Assembly: GCF_009914755.1 (NCBI RefSeq)
Contig: NC_060935.1
Source of the DNA: the human T2T-CHM13v2.0 reference genome, Homo sapiens
Length of the DNA: 64,000 nucleotides
Strand: one strand, 5' to 3'
Both the position numbers and the translations under genes were made by a program. Below are positions 13,401-27,300 of this stretch, one piece after another. Every line of letters starts with the position of its first letter. Within the stretch, counting starts at the first letter, position 1. The notes below the pieces were generated by a model. It worked only from the letters and a program-made list of their open reading frames with translations, searched no databases and was not told where the DNA came from.

Positions 13401-16400
13401 CTTCAGGAATTGAACTTTCCTCTTGACAGAGCAGCTCTGAAACCCTCTTTTTCTAGAATCTGCAAGTGGACATTTGGAGGGCTTTGAGGCCTGTGGTGGA
13501 AAAGGAAAATCTTCCCATAAAAACAAGATGGAAGCATTCTCAGAAACTACTTTGTGATGATTGCATTCGACTCACAGAGTTGAACATTCCTATAGATAGA
13601 GCAGGTGGTAAACAATCTTTTTGTAGAATCTGCGATTGGAGATTTGGACTGCTTTGAGGCCTACTGTAGTAAAGGAAATAACTTCATCTAAAAACCAAAC
13701 GGAGACATTCAAAGAAAATTCTTAGTGATCATTGGATTGAACTAACAGAGCTAAACATTCCTTTAGATGCCGCAGTTTCCAAACTCACTCTCTGTAGAAT
13801 CTGCAAGTGGATATTTGGACCTCTCTGAGGATTTCGTTGGAAACGGGATAAACTTCCCAGAACTACACGGAAGCATTGTGAGAAACTTCTTTGTGATGTT
13901 TGCATTCAACTCACAGAGTTGAACCTTGCTTTCATAGTTCAGCTTTCAAACACTCTTTTTATAGAATCTGCAAGTGGATATTTGGACCACTTTGTGGCCT
14001 TCCTTCGAAACGGGTATATCTTCACATCAAACCTAGACAGAAGCATTCTCAGAATGTTTCCTGTGATGACTGCATTCAACTCACAGAGGTGAACAATCCT
14101 GTTGATGGAGCCGTTTTGAAACTCCCTTTCTTTGGATTCCGCAAGTGGATATGTGGAACTCTGTGAAGATTTCGTTGGAAACGGGTTCATCTTCACAGAA
14201 AAACTAAACAGGAGCATTCTCAGAAACTGCTTTGTGATGTTTGTGTTCCACTTCAAGAATTGAACTTTCCTCTTGACAGAGCAGCTCTGAAACCCTCTTT
14301 TTCTAGAATCTGCAAGTGGACATTTGGAGGGCTTTGAGGCCTGTGGTGGAAAAGGAAAATCTTCACATAAAAACTGGATGGAAGCATTCTCAGAAACTAC
14401 TTTGTGATGATTGCATTCGACTCACAGAGTTGAACATTCCTATAGATAGAGCAGGTTGTAAACAATCTTTTTGTAGAATCTGCGATTGGAGATTTGGAAT
14501 GCTTTGAGGCCTACTGTAGTAAAGGAAATAACTTCATCTAAAAACCAAACGGAGACATTCAAAGACAATTCTTAGTGATCATTGGATTGAACTAACAGAG
14601 CTAAACATTCCTTTAGATGGCGCAGTTTCCAAACTCACTCTCTGTAGAATCTGCAAGTGGATATTTGGACCTCTCTGAGGATTTCGTTGGAAACGGGATA
14701 AACTTCCCAGAACTACACGGAAGCATTCTGAGAAACTTCTTTGTGATGTTTGCATTCAACTCACAGAGTTGAACCTTGCTTTCATAGTTCAGCTTTCAAA
14801 CACTCTTTTTATAGAATCTGCAAGTGGATATTTGGACCACTTTGTGGCCTTCCTTCGAAACGGGTATATCTTCACATCAAACCTAGACAGAAGCATTCTC
14901 AGAATGTTTCCTGTGATGACTGCATTCAACTCACAGAGGTGAACAATCCTGTTGATGGAGCAGTTTTGAAACTCTCTTTCTTTGGATTCTGCAAGTGGAT
15001 ATGTGGACCTCTGTGAAGATTTCGTTGGAAACGGGTTCATCTTCACAGAAAAACTAAACAGAAGCATTCTCAGAAACTGCTTTGTGATGTTTGTGTTCCA
15101 CTTCAAGAATTGAACTTTCCTCTTGACAGAGCAGCTCTGAAACCCTCTTTTTCTAGAATCTGCAACTGGACATTTGGAGGGCTTTGAGGCCTGTGGTGGA
15201 AAAGGAAAATCTTCACATAAGAACTAGATGGAAGCATTCTCAGAAACTACTTTGTGATGATTGCATTCGACTCACAGAGTTGAACATTCCTATAGATAGA
15301 GCAGGTTGTAAACAATCTTTTTGTACAATCTGCGATTGGAGATTTGGACTGCTTTGAGGCCTACTGTAGTAAAGGAAATAACTTCATCTAAAAACCAAAC
15401 TGAAGCATTCACAGACAATTCTTAGTGATCATTGGATTGAACTAACAGAGCTGAACATTCCTTTAGATGGAGCAGTTTCCAAACTCACTTTCTGTAGAAT
15501 CTGCATGTGGATATTTGGACCTCTCTGAGGATTTCGTTGGAAACGGGATAAACTTCCCAGAACTACACGGAAGCATTCTGAGAAACTTCTTTGTGATGTT
15601 TGCATTCAACTCACAGAGTTGAACCTTGCTTTCATAGTTCAGCTTTCAAACACTCTTTTTGTAGAATCTGCAAGTGGATATTTGGACCACTTTGTGGCCT
15701 TCCTTTGAAACGGGTATATCTTCACATCAAACCTAGACAGAAGCATTCTCAGAATGTTTCCTGTGATGACTGCATTCAACTCACAGAGGTGAACAATCCT
15801 GTTGATGGAGCAGTTTTGAAACTCTCTTTCTTTGGATTCTGCAAGTGGATATGTGGACTTCTGTGAAGATTTCGTTGGAAACGGGTTCATCTTCACAGAA
15901 AAACTAAACAGAAGCATTCTCAGAAACTGCTTTGTGATGTTTGTGTTCCACTTCAAGAATTGAACTTTCCTCTTGACAGAACAGCTCTGAAACCCTCTGT
16001 TTCTAGAATCTGCAAGTGGACATTTGGAGGGCTTTGAGGCCTGTGGTGGAAAAGGAAAATCTTCACATAAAAACTAGATGGAAGCATTCTCAGAAACTAC
16101 TTTGTGATGATTGCATTCGACTCACAGAGTTGAACATTCCTATAGATAGAGCAGGTTGTAAACAATCTTTTTGTAGAATCTGCGATTGGAGATTTGGACT
16201 GCTTTGAGGCCTACTGTAGTAAAGGAAATAACTTCATCTAAAAAGCAAACGGAAGCATTCACAGACAATTCTTAGTGATCATTGCATTGAACTAACAGAG
16301 CTGAACATTCCTTTAGATGGCGCAGTTTCCAAACACACTTTCTGTAGAATCTGCAAGTGGATATTTGGACCTCTCTGAGGATTTCGTTGGAAACGGGATA

Positions 16401-17039
16401 AACTTCCCAGAACTACACGGAAGCATTCTGAGAAACTTCTTTGTGATGTTTGCATTCAACTCACAGAGTTGAACCTTGCTTTCATAGTTCAGCTTTCAAA
16501 CACTCTTTTTGTAGAATCTGCAAGTGGATATTTGGACCACTTTGTGGCCTTCCTTCGAAACGGGTATATCTTCACATCAAACCTAGACAGAAGCATTCTC
16601 AGAATGTTTCCTGTGATGACTGCATTCAACTCACAGAGGTGAACAATCCTGTTGATGGAGCAGTTTTGAAACTCTCTTTCTTTGGATTCTGCAAGTGGAT
16701 ATGTGGACCTCTGTGAAGATTTCGTTGGAAACGGGTTCATCTTCACAGAAAAACTAAACAGAAGCATTCTCAGAAACTGCTTTGTGATGTTTGTGTTCCA
16801 CTTCAAGAATTGAACTTTCCTCTTGACAGAGCAGCTCTGAAACCCTCTTTTTCTAGAATCTGCAAGTGGACATTTGGAGGGCTTTGAGGCCTGTGGTGGA
16901 AAAGGAAAATCTTCACATAAAAACTAGATGGAAGCATTCTCAGAAACTATTTTGTGCTGATTGCATTCGACTCACAGAGTTGAACATTCCTATAGATAGA
17001 GCAGGTTGTAAACAATCTTTTTGTAGAATCTGCGATTGG

Positions 17040-20000
17040 AGATTCGGACTGCTTTGAGACCTACTGTAGTAAAGGAAATAACTTCATCTAAAAACCAAAC
17101 GGAAGCATTCACAGACAATGCTTAGTGATCATTGGATTGAACTAACAGAGCTGAACATTCCTTTAGATGGAGCAGTTTCCAAACCCACTTTCTGTAGAAT
17201 GTGCAAGTGGATATTTGGACCTCTCTGAGGATTTCGTTGGAAACGGGATATACTTCCCAGAACTACACCGAAGTATTCTGAGAAACTTCTTTGTGATGTT
17301 TGCATTCAACTCACAGAGTTGAACCTTGCTTTCATAGTTCAGCTTTCAAACACTCTTTTTGTAGAATCTGCAAGTGGATATTTGGACCACTTTGTGGCCT
17401 TCCTTCGAAACGGGTATATCTTCACATCAAACCTTGACAGAAGCATTCTCAGAATGTTTCCTGTGATGACTGCATTCAACTCACAGAGGTGAACAATCCT
17501 GCTGATGGAGCAGTTTTGAAACTCTCTTTCTTTGGATTCTGCAAGTGGATATGTGGACCTCTGTGAAGATTTCGTTGGAAACGGGTTCATCTTCACAGAA
17601 AAACTAAACAGAAGCATTCTCAGAAACTGCTTTGTGATGTTTGTGTTCCACTTCAAGAATTGAACTTTCCTCTTGACAGAGCAGCTCTGAAACCCTCTTT
17701 TTCTAGAATCTGCAAGTGGACATTTGGAGGGCTTTGAGGCCTGTGGTGGAAAAGGAAAATCTTCACCTAAAAACTAGATGGAAGCATTCTCAGAAACTAC
17801 TTTGTGATGATTGCATTCGACTCACAGAGTTGAACATTCCTATAGATAGAGCAGGTTGTAAACAATCTTTTTGTAGAATCTGCGATTGGAGATTTGGACT
17901 GCTTTGAGGCCTATTGTAGTAAAGGAAATAACTTCATCTAAAAACCAAACGGAAGCATTCACAGACAATGCTTAGTGATCATTGGATTGAACTAACAGAG
18001 CTGAACATTCCTTTAGATGGAGCAGTTTCCAAACACACTTTCTGTAGAATCTGCAAGTGGATATTTGGACCTCTCTGAGGATTTCGTTGGAAACGGGATA
18101 AACTTCCCAGAACTACACGGAAGCATTCTGAGAAACTTCTTTGTGATGTTTGCATTCAACTCACAGAGTTGAACCTTGCTTTCATAGTTCAGCTTTCAAA
18201 CACTCTTTTAGTAGAATCTGCAAGTGCATATTTGGACCACTTTGTGGCCTTCCTTCGAAACGGGTATATCTTCACATCAAACCTTGACAGAAGCATTCTC
18301 AGAATGTTTCCTGTGATGACTGCATTCAACTCACAGAGGTGAACAATCCTGCTGATGGAGCAGTTTTGAAACTCTCTTTCTTTGGATTCTGCAAGTGGAT
18401 ATGTGGACCTCTGTGAAGATTTAGTTGGAAACGTGTTCATCTTCACAGAAAAACTAAACAGGAGCATTCTCAGAAACTGCTTTGTGATGTTTGTGTTCCA
18501 CTTCAGGAATTGAACTTTCCTCTTGAAAGAGCAGCTCTGAAACCCTCTTTTTCTAGAATCTGCAAGTGGACATTTGGAGGGCTTTGAGGCCTGTGGTGGA
18601 AAAGGGAAATCTTCACATAAAAACTAGATGGAAGCATTCTCAGAAACTACTTTGTGATGATTGCATTCGACTCACAGAGTTGAACATTCCTATAGATAGA
18701 GCAGGTTGTAAACAAACTTTTTGTAGAATCTGCGATTAGAGATTTGGACTGCTTTGAGGCCTACTGTAGTAAAGGAAATAACTTCATCTAAAAAGCAAAC
18801 GGAAGCATTCACAGACAATTCTTAGTGATCATTGGATTGAACCAACAGAGCTGAACATTTCCTTAGATGGCGCAATTTCCAAACACACTTTCTGTAGAAT
18901 CTGCAAGTGGATATTTGGACCTCTCTGAGGATTTCGTTGGAAACGGGATAAACTTCCCAGAACTACACGGAAGCATTCTGAGAAACTTCTTTGTGATGTT
19001 TGCATTCAACTCACAGAGTTGAACCTTGCTTTCATAGTTCAGCTTTCAAACACTCTTTTTGTAGAATCTGGAAGTGGATATTTGGACCACTTTGTGGCCT
19101 TCCTTCGAAACGGGTATATCTTCACATCAAACCTAGACAGAAGCATTCTCAGAATGTTTCCTGTGATGACTGCATTCAACTCACAGAGGTGAACAATCCT
19201 GTTGATGGAGCCGTTTTGAAACTCCCTTTCTTTGGATTCCGCAAGTGGATATGTGGAACTCTGTGAAGATTTCGTTGGAAACGGGTTCATCTTCACAGAA
19301 AAACTAAACAGGAGCATTCTCAGAAACTGCTTTGTGATGTTTGTGTTCCACTTCAAGAATTGAACTTTCCTCTTGACAGAGCAGCTCTGAAACCCTCTTT
19401 TTCTAGAATCTGCAAGTGGACATTTGGAGGGCTTTGAGGCCTGTGGTGGAAAAGGAAAATCTTCACCTAAAAACTAGATGGAAGCATTCTCAGAAACTAC
19501 TTTGTGATGATTGCATTCGACTCACAGAGTTGAACATTCCTATAGATAGAGCAGGTTGTAAACAATCTTTTTGTAGAATCTGCGATTGGAGATTCGGACT
19601 GCTTTGAGACCTACTGTAGTAAAGGAAATAACTTCATCTAAAAACCAAACGGAAGCATTCACAGACAATGCTTAGTGATCATTGGATTGAACTAACAGAG
19701 CTGAACATTCCTTTAGATGGAGCAGTTTCCAAACCCACTTTCTGTAGAATGTGCAAGTGGATATTTGGACCTCTCTGAGGATTTCGTTGGAAAAGGGATA
19801 TACTTCCCAGAACTACACCGAAGTATTCTGAGAAACTTCTTTGTGATGTTTGCATTCAACTCACAGAGTTGAACCTTGCTTTCATAGTTCAGCTTTCAAA
19901 CACTCTTTTTGTAGAATCTGCAAGTGGATATTTGGACCACTTTGTGGCCTTCCTTCGAAACGGGTATATCTTCACATCAAACCTTGACAGAAGCATTCTC

Positions 20001-21340
20001 AGAATGTTTCCTGTGATGACTGCATTCAACTCACAGAGGTGAACAATCCTGCTGATGGAGCAGTATTGAAACTCTCTTTCTTTGGATTCTGCAAGTGGAT
20101 ATGTGGACCTCTGTGAAGATTTCGTTGGAAACGGGTTCATCTTCACAGAAAAACTAAACAGAAGCATTCTCAGAAACTGCTTTGTGATGTTTGTGTTCCA
20201 CTTCAAGAATTGAACTTTCCTCTTGACAGAGCAGCTCTGAAACCCTCTTTTTCTAGAATCTGCAAGTGGACATTTGGAGGGCTTTGAGGCCTGTGGTGGA
20301 AAAGGAAAATCTTCACCTAAAAACTAGATGGAAGCATTCTCAGAAACTGCTTTGTGATGATTGCATTCGACTCACAGAGTTGAACATTCCTATAGATAGA
20401 GCAGGTTGTAAACAATCTTTTTGTAGAATCTGCGATTGGAGATTTGGACTGCTTTGAGGCCTATTGTAGTAAAGGAAATAACTTCATCTAAAAACCAAAC
20501 GGAAGCATTCACAGACAATGCTTAGTGATCATTGGATTGAACTAACAGAGCTGAACATTCCTTTAGATGGAGCAGTTTCCAAACACACTTTCTGTAGAAT
20601 CTGCAAGTGGATATTTGGACCTCTCTGAGGATTTCGTTGGAAACGGGATAAACTTCCCAGAACTACACGGAAGCATTCTGAGAAACTTCTTTGTGATGTT
20701 TGCATTCAACTCACAGAGTTGAACCTTGCTTTCATAGTTCAGCTTTCAAACACTCTTTTAGTAGAATCTGCAAGTGCATATTTGGACCACTTTGTGGCCT
20801 TCCTTCGAAACGGGTATATCTTCACATCAAACCTTGACAGAAGCATTCTCAGAATGTTTCCTGTGATGACTGCATTCAACTCACAGAGGTGAACAATCCT
20901 GCTGATGGAGCAGTTTTGAAACTCTCTTTCTTTGGATTCTGCAAGTGGATATGTGGACCTCTGTGAAGATTTAGTTGGAAACGTGTTCATCTTCACAGAA
21001 AAACTAAACAGGAGCATTCTCAGAAACTGCTTTGTGATGTTTGTGTTCCACTTCAGGAATTGAACTTTCCTCTTGAAAGAGCAGCTCTGAAACCCTCTTT
21101 TTCTAGAATCTGCAAGTGGACATTTGGAGGGCTTTGAGGCCTGTGGTGGAAAAGGGAAATCTTCACATAAAAACTAGATGGAAGCATTCTCAGAAACTAC
21201 TTTGTGATGATTGCATTCGACTCACAGAGTTGAACATTCCTATAGATAGAGCAGGTTGTAAACAAACTTTTTGTAGAATCTGCGATTAGAGATTTGGACT
21301 GCTTTGAGGCCTACTGTAGTAAAGGAAATAACTTCATCTA
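17040..21340 (+). repeat. Duplication of a ~1.75-kb block at 2550-bp (3-HOR) offset
   Basis: TTTTAGT 18210/20760, GTGCATA 18227/20777, TTAGTTGGAAACGTG 18421/20971, AAAGGGA ~18604/21154, AACAAAC ~18716/21266, GATTAGA ~18738/21288. Confidence 0.9.
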
Positions 21341-24300
21341 AAAACCAAACGGAAGCATTCACAGACAATTATTAGTGATCATTGGATTGAACTAACAGAG
21401 CTGAACATTCCTTTAGATGGCGCAGTTTCCAAACACACTTTCTGTAGAATCTGCAAGTAGATATTTGGACCTCTCTGAGGATTTCGTTGGAAACGGGATA
21501 AACTTCCCAGAACTACACGGAAGCATTCTGAGAAACTTCTTTGTGATGTTTGCATTCAACTCACAGAGTTGAACCTTGCTTTCATAGTTCAGCTTTCAAA
21601 CACTCTTTTTGTAGAATCTGCAAGTGGATATTTGGACCACTTTGTGGCCTTCCTTCGAAACGGGTATATCTTCACATCAAACCTAGACAGAAGCATTCTC
21701 AGAATGTTTCCTGTGATGACTGCATTCAACTCACGGAGGTGAACAATCCTGTTGATGGAGCCGTTTTGAAACTCCCTTTCTTTGGATTCTGCAAGTGGAT
21801 ATGTGGAACTCTGTGAAGATTTCGTTGGAAACGGGTTCATCTTCACAGAAAAACTAAACAGGAACATTCTCAGAAACTGCTTTGTGATGTTTGTGTTCCA
21901 CTTCAGGAATTGAACTTTCCTCTTGACAGAGCAGCTCTGAAACCCTCTTTTTCTAGAATCTGCAAGTGGACATTTGGAGGGCTTTGAGGCCTGTGGTGGA
22001 AAAGGAAAATCTTCCCATAAAAACTAGATGGAAGCATTCTCAGAAACTACTTTGTGATGATTGCATTCGACTCACAGAGTTGAACATTCCTATAGATAGA
22101 GCAGGTTGTAAACAATCTTTTTGTAGAATCTGCGATTGGACATTTGGACTGCTTTGAGGCCTACTGTAGTAAAGGAAATAACTTCATCTAAAAACCAAAC
22201 GGAGACATTCAAAGACAATTCTTAGTGATCATTGGATTGAACTAACAGAGCTAAACATTCCTTTAGATGGCGCAGTTTCCAAACTCACTCTCTGTAGAAT
22301 CTGCAAGTGGATATTTGGACCTCTCTGAGGATTTCGTTGGAAACGGGATAAACTTCCCAGAACTACACGGAAGCATTGTGAGAAACTTCTTTGTGATGTT
22401 TGCATTCAACTCACAGAGTTGAACCTTGCTTTCATAGTTCAGCTTTCAAACACTCTTTTTATAGAATCTGCAAGTGGATATTTGGACCACTTTGTGGCCT
22501 TCCTTCGAAACGGGTATATCTTCACATCAAACCTAGACAGAAGCATTCTCAGAATGTTTCCTGTGATGACTGCATTCAACTCACAGAGGTGAACAATCCT
22601 GTTGATGGAGCCGTTTTGAAACTCCCTTTCTTTGGATTCCGCAAGTGGATATGTGGACCTCTGTGAAGATTTCGTTGGAAACGGGTTCATCTTCACAGAA
22701 AAACTAAACAGGAGCATTCTCAGAAACTGCTTTGTGATGTTTGTGTTCCACTTCAAGAATTGAACTTTCCTCTTGACAGAGCAGCTCTGAAACCCTCTTT
22801 TTCTAGAATCTGCAAGTGGACATTTGGAGGGCTTTGAGGCCTGTGGTGGAAAAGGAAAATCTTCACATAAAAACTAGATGGAAGCATTCTCAGAAACTAC
22901 TTTGTGATGATTGCATTCGACTCACAGAGTTGAACATTCCTATATATAGAGCAGGTTGTAAACAATCTTTTTGTAGAATCTGCGATTGGAGATTTGGAGT
23001 GCTTTGAGGCCTACTGTAGTAAAGGAAATAACTTCATCTAAAAACCAAACGGAAGCATTCACAGACAATTCTTAGTGATCATTGCATTGAACTAACAGAA
23101 CTGAACATTCCTTTAGATGGCGCAGTTTCCAAACACACTTTCTGTAGAATCTGCAAGTGGATATTTGGACCTCACTGAGGATTTCGTTGGAAACGGGATA
23201 AACTTCCCAGAACTACACGGAAGCATTCTGAGAAACTTCTTTGTGATGTTTGCATTCAACTCACAGAGTTGAACCTTGCTTTCATAGTTCAGCTTTCAAA
23301 CACTCTTTTTGTAGAATCTGCAAGTGGATATTTGGACCACTTTGTGGCCTTCCTTCGAAACGGGTATATCTTCACATCAAACCTAGACAGAAGCATTCTC
23401 AGAATGTTTCCTGTGATGACTGCATTCAACTCACAGAGGTGAACAATCCTGTTGATGGAGCAGTTTTGAAACTCTCTTTCTTTGGATTCTGCAAGTGGAT
23501 ATGTGGACCTCTGTGAAGATTTCGTTGGAAACGGGTTCATCTTCACAGAAAAACTAACCAGGAGCATTCTCAGAAACTGCTTTGTGATGTTTGTCTTCCA
23601 CTTCAGGAATTGAACTTTCCTCTTGACAGAGCAACTCTGAAACCCTCTTTTTCCAGAATCTGCAAGTGGACATTTGGAGGGCTTTGAGGCCTGTGGTGGA
23701 AAAGGAAAATCTTCACATAAAAACTAGATGGAAGCATTCTCAGAAACTACTTTGTGATGATTGCATTCGACTCACAGAGTTGAACATTCCTATAGATAGA
23801 GCAGGTTGTAAACAATCTTTTTGTAGAATCTGCGATTGGAGATTTGGACTGCTTTGAGGCCTACTGTAGCAAAGGAAATAACTTCATCTAAAAACCAAAC
23901 GGAAGCATTCAAAGACAATTCTTAGTGATCATTGGATTGAAGTAACAGAGCTGAACATTCCTTTAGATGGCGCAGTTTCCAAACACACTTTCTGTAGAAT
24001 CTGCAAGTGGATATTTGGACCTCTCTGAGGATTTCGTTGGAAACGGGATAAACTTCCCAGAACTACACGGAAGCATTCTGAGAAACTTCTTTGTGATGTT
24101 TGCATTCAACTCACAGAGTTGAACCTTGCTTTCATAGTTCAGCTTTCAAACACTCTTTTTGTAGAATCTGCAAGTGGATATTTGGACCACTTTGTGGCCT
24201 TCCTTCGAAACGGGTATATCTTCAAATCAAACCTAGACAGAAGCATTCTCAGAATGTTTCCTGTGATGACTGCATTTAACTCACAGAGGTGAACAATCCT

Positions 24301-27300
24301 GTTGATGGAGCAGTTTTGAAACTCTCTTTCTTTGGATTCTGCAAGTGGATATGTAGACCTCTGTGAAGATTTCGTTGGAAACGGGTTCATCTTCACAGAA
24401 AAACTAAACAGAAGCATTCTCAGAAACTGCTTTGTGATGTTTGTGTTCCACTTCAAGAATTGAACTTTCCTCTTGAAAGAGCAGCTCTGAAACCCTCTTT
24501 TTCTAGAATCTGCAAGTGGACATTTGGAGGGCTTTGAGGCCTGTGGTGGAAAAGGAAAATCTTCACATAAAAACTAGATGGAAGCATTCTCAGAAACTAC
24601 TTTGTGATGATTGCATTCGACTCACAGAGTTGAACATTCCTATAGATAGAGCAGGTTGTAAACAATCTTTTTGTAGAATCTGCGATTGGAGATTTGGACT
24701 GCTTTGAGGCCTACTGTAGTAAAGGAAATAACTTCATCTAAAAACCAAACGGAAGCATTCACAGACAATGCTTAGTGATCATTGGATTGAACTAACACAG
24801 CTGAACATTCCTTTAGATGGAGCAGTTTCCAAACACACTTTCTGTAGAATCTGCAAGTGGATATTTGGACCTCTCCGAGGATTTCGTTGGAAACGGGATA
24901 AACTTCCCAGAACTACACGGAAGCATTCTGAGAAACTTCTTTGTGATGTTTGCATTCAACTCACAGAGTTGAACCTTGCTTTCATAGTTCAGCTTTCAAA
25001 CACTCTTTTTGTAGAATCTGCAAGTGGATATTTGGACCACTTTGTGGCCTTCCTTCGAAACGGGTATATCTTCACATCAAACCTTGACAGAAGCATTCTC
25101 AGAATGTTTCCTGTGATGACTGCATTCAACTCACAGAGGTGAACAATCCTGCTGATGGAGCAGTTTTGAAACTCTCTTTCTTTGGATTCTGCAAGTGGAT
25201 ATGTGGACCTCTGTGAAGATTTCGTTGGAAACGGGTTCATCTTCACAGAAAAACTAACCAGGAGCATTCTCAGAAACTGCTTTGTGATGTTTGTGTTCCA
25301 CTTCAGGAATTGAACTTTCCTCTTGACAGAGCAACTCTGAAACCCTCTTTTTCCAGAATCTGCAAGTGGACATTTGGAGGGCTTTGAGGCCTGTGGTGGA
25401 AAAGGAAAATCTTCACATAAAAACTAGATGGAAGCATTCTCAGAAACTACTTTGTGATGATTGCATTCGACTCACAGAGTTGAACATTCCTATAGATAGA
25501 GCAGGTTGTAAACAATCTTTTTGTAGAATCTGCGATTGGAGATTTGGACTGCTTTGAGGCCTACTGTAGCAAAGGAAATAACTTCATCTAAAAACCAGAC
25601 GGAAGCATTCACAGACAATTCTTAGTGATCATTGGATTGAAGTAACAGAGCTGAACATTCCTTTAGATGGCACAGTTTCCAAACACACTTTCTGTAGAAT
25701 CTGCAAGTGGATATTTGGACCTCTCTGAGGATTTCGTTGGAAACGGGATAAACTTCCCAGAACTACACGGAAGCATTCTGAGAAACTTCTTTGTGATGTT
25801 TGCATTCAACTCACAGAGTTGAACCTTGCTTTCATAGTTCAGCTTTCAAACACTCTTTTTGTAGAATCTGCAAGTGGATATTTGGACCACTTTGTGGCCT
25901 TCCTTCGAAACGGGTATATCTTCACATCAAACCTAGACAGAAGCATTCTCAGAATGTTTCCTGTGATGACTGCATTTAACTCACAGAGGTGAACAATCCT
26001 GTTGATGGAGCAGTTTTGAAACTCTCTTTCTTTGGATTCCGCAAGTGGATATGTAGACCTCTGTGAAGATTTCGTTGGAAACGGGTTCATCTTCACAGAA
26101 AAACTAAACAGAAGCATTCTCAGAAACTGCTTCGTGATGTTTGTGTTCCACTTCAAGAATTGAACTTTCCTCTTGACAGAGCAGCTCTGAAACCCTCTTT
26201 TTCTAGAATCTGCAAGTGGACATTTGGAGGGCTTTGAGGCCTGTGGTGGAAAAGGAAAATCTTCACCTAAAAACTAGATGGAAGCATTCTCAGAAACTAC
26301 TTTGTGATGATTGCATTCGACTCACAGAGTTGAACATTCCTATAGATAGAGCAGGTTGTAAACAATCTTTTTGTAGAATCTGCGATTGGAGATTTGGACT
26401 GCTTTGAGGCCTACTGTAGTAAAGGAAATAACTTCATCTAAAAACCAAACGGAAGCATTCACAGACAATGCTTAGTGATCATTGGATTGAACTAACAGAG
26501 CTGAACATTCCTTTAGATGGAGCAGTTTCCAAACACACTTTCTGTAGAATCTGCAAGTGGATATTTGGACCTCTCCGAGGATTTCGTTGGAAACGGGATA
26601 AACTTCCCAGAACTACACGGAAGCATTCTGAGAAACTTCTTTGTGATGTTTGCATTCAACTCACAGAGTTGAACCTTGCTTTCATAGTTCAGCTTTCAAA
26701 CACTCTTTTTGTAGAATCTGCAAGTGGATATTTGGACCACTTTGTGGCCTTCCTTCGAAACGGGTATATCTTCACATCAAACCTACACAGAAGCATTCTC
26801 AGAATGTTTCCTGTGATGACTGCATTCAACTCACAGAGGTGAACAATCCTGTTGATGGAGCAGTTTTGAAACTCTCTTTCTTTGTATTCTGCAAGTGGAT
26901 ATGAGGACCTCTGTGAAGATTTCGTTGGAAACGGGTTCATCTTCACAGAAAAACTAAACAGAAGCATTCTCAGAAACTGCTTTGTGATGTTTGTGTTCCA
27001 CTTCAAGAATTGAACTTTCCTCTTGACAGAGCAGCTCTGAAACCCTCTTTTTCTAGAATCAGCAAGTGGACATTTGGAGGGCTTTGAGGCCTGTGGTGGA
27101 AAAGGAAAATCTTCACATAAAAACTAGATGGAAGCATTCTCAGAAACTACTTTGTGATGATTGCATTCGACTCACAGAGTTGAACATTCCTATAGATAGA
27201 GCAGGTTGTAAACAATCTTTTTGTAGAATCTGCGATTGGAGATTTGGACTGCTTTGAGGCCTACTGTAGTAAAGGAAATAACTTCATCTAAAAACCAAAC

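Noticed and set aside
13089-13526. Longest ORF (145 aa, minus strand)
   Set aside because: A chance combination of point variants in one HOR; no coding evidence.
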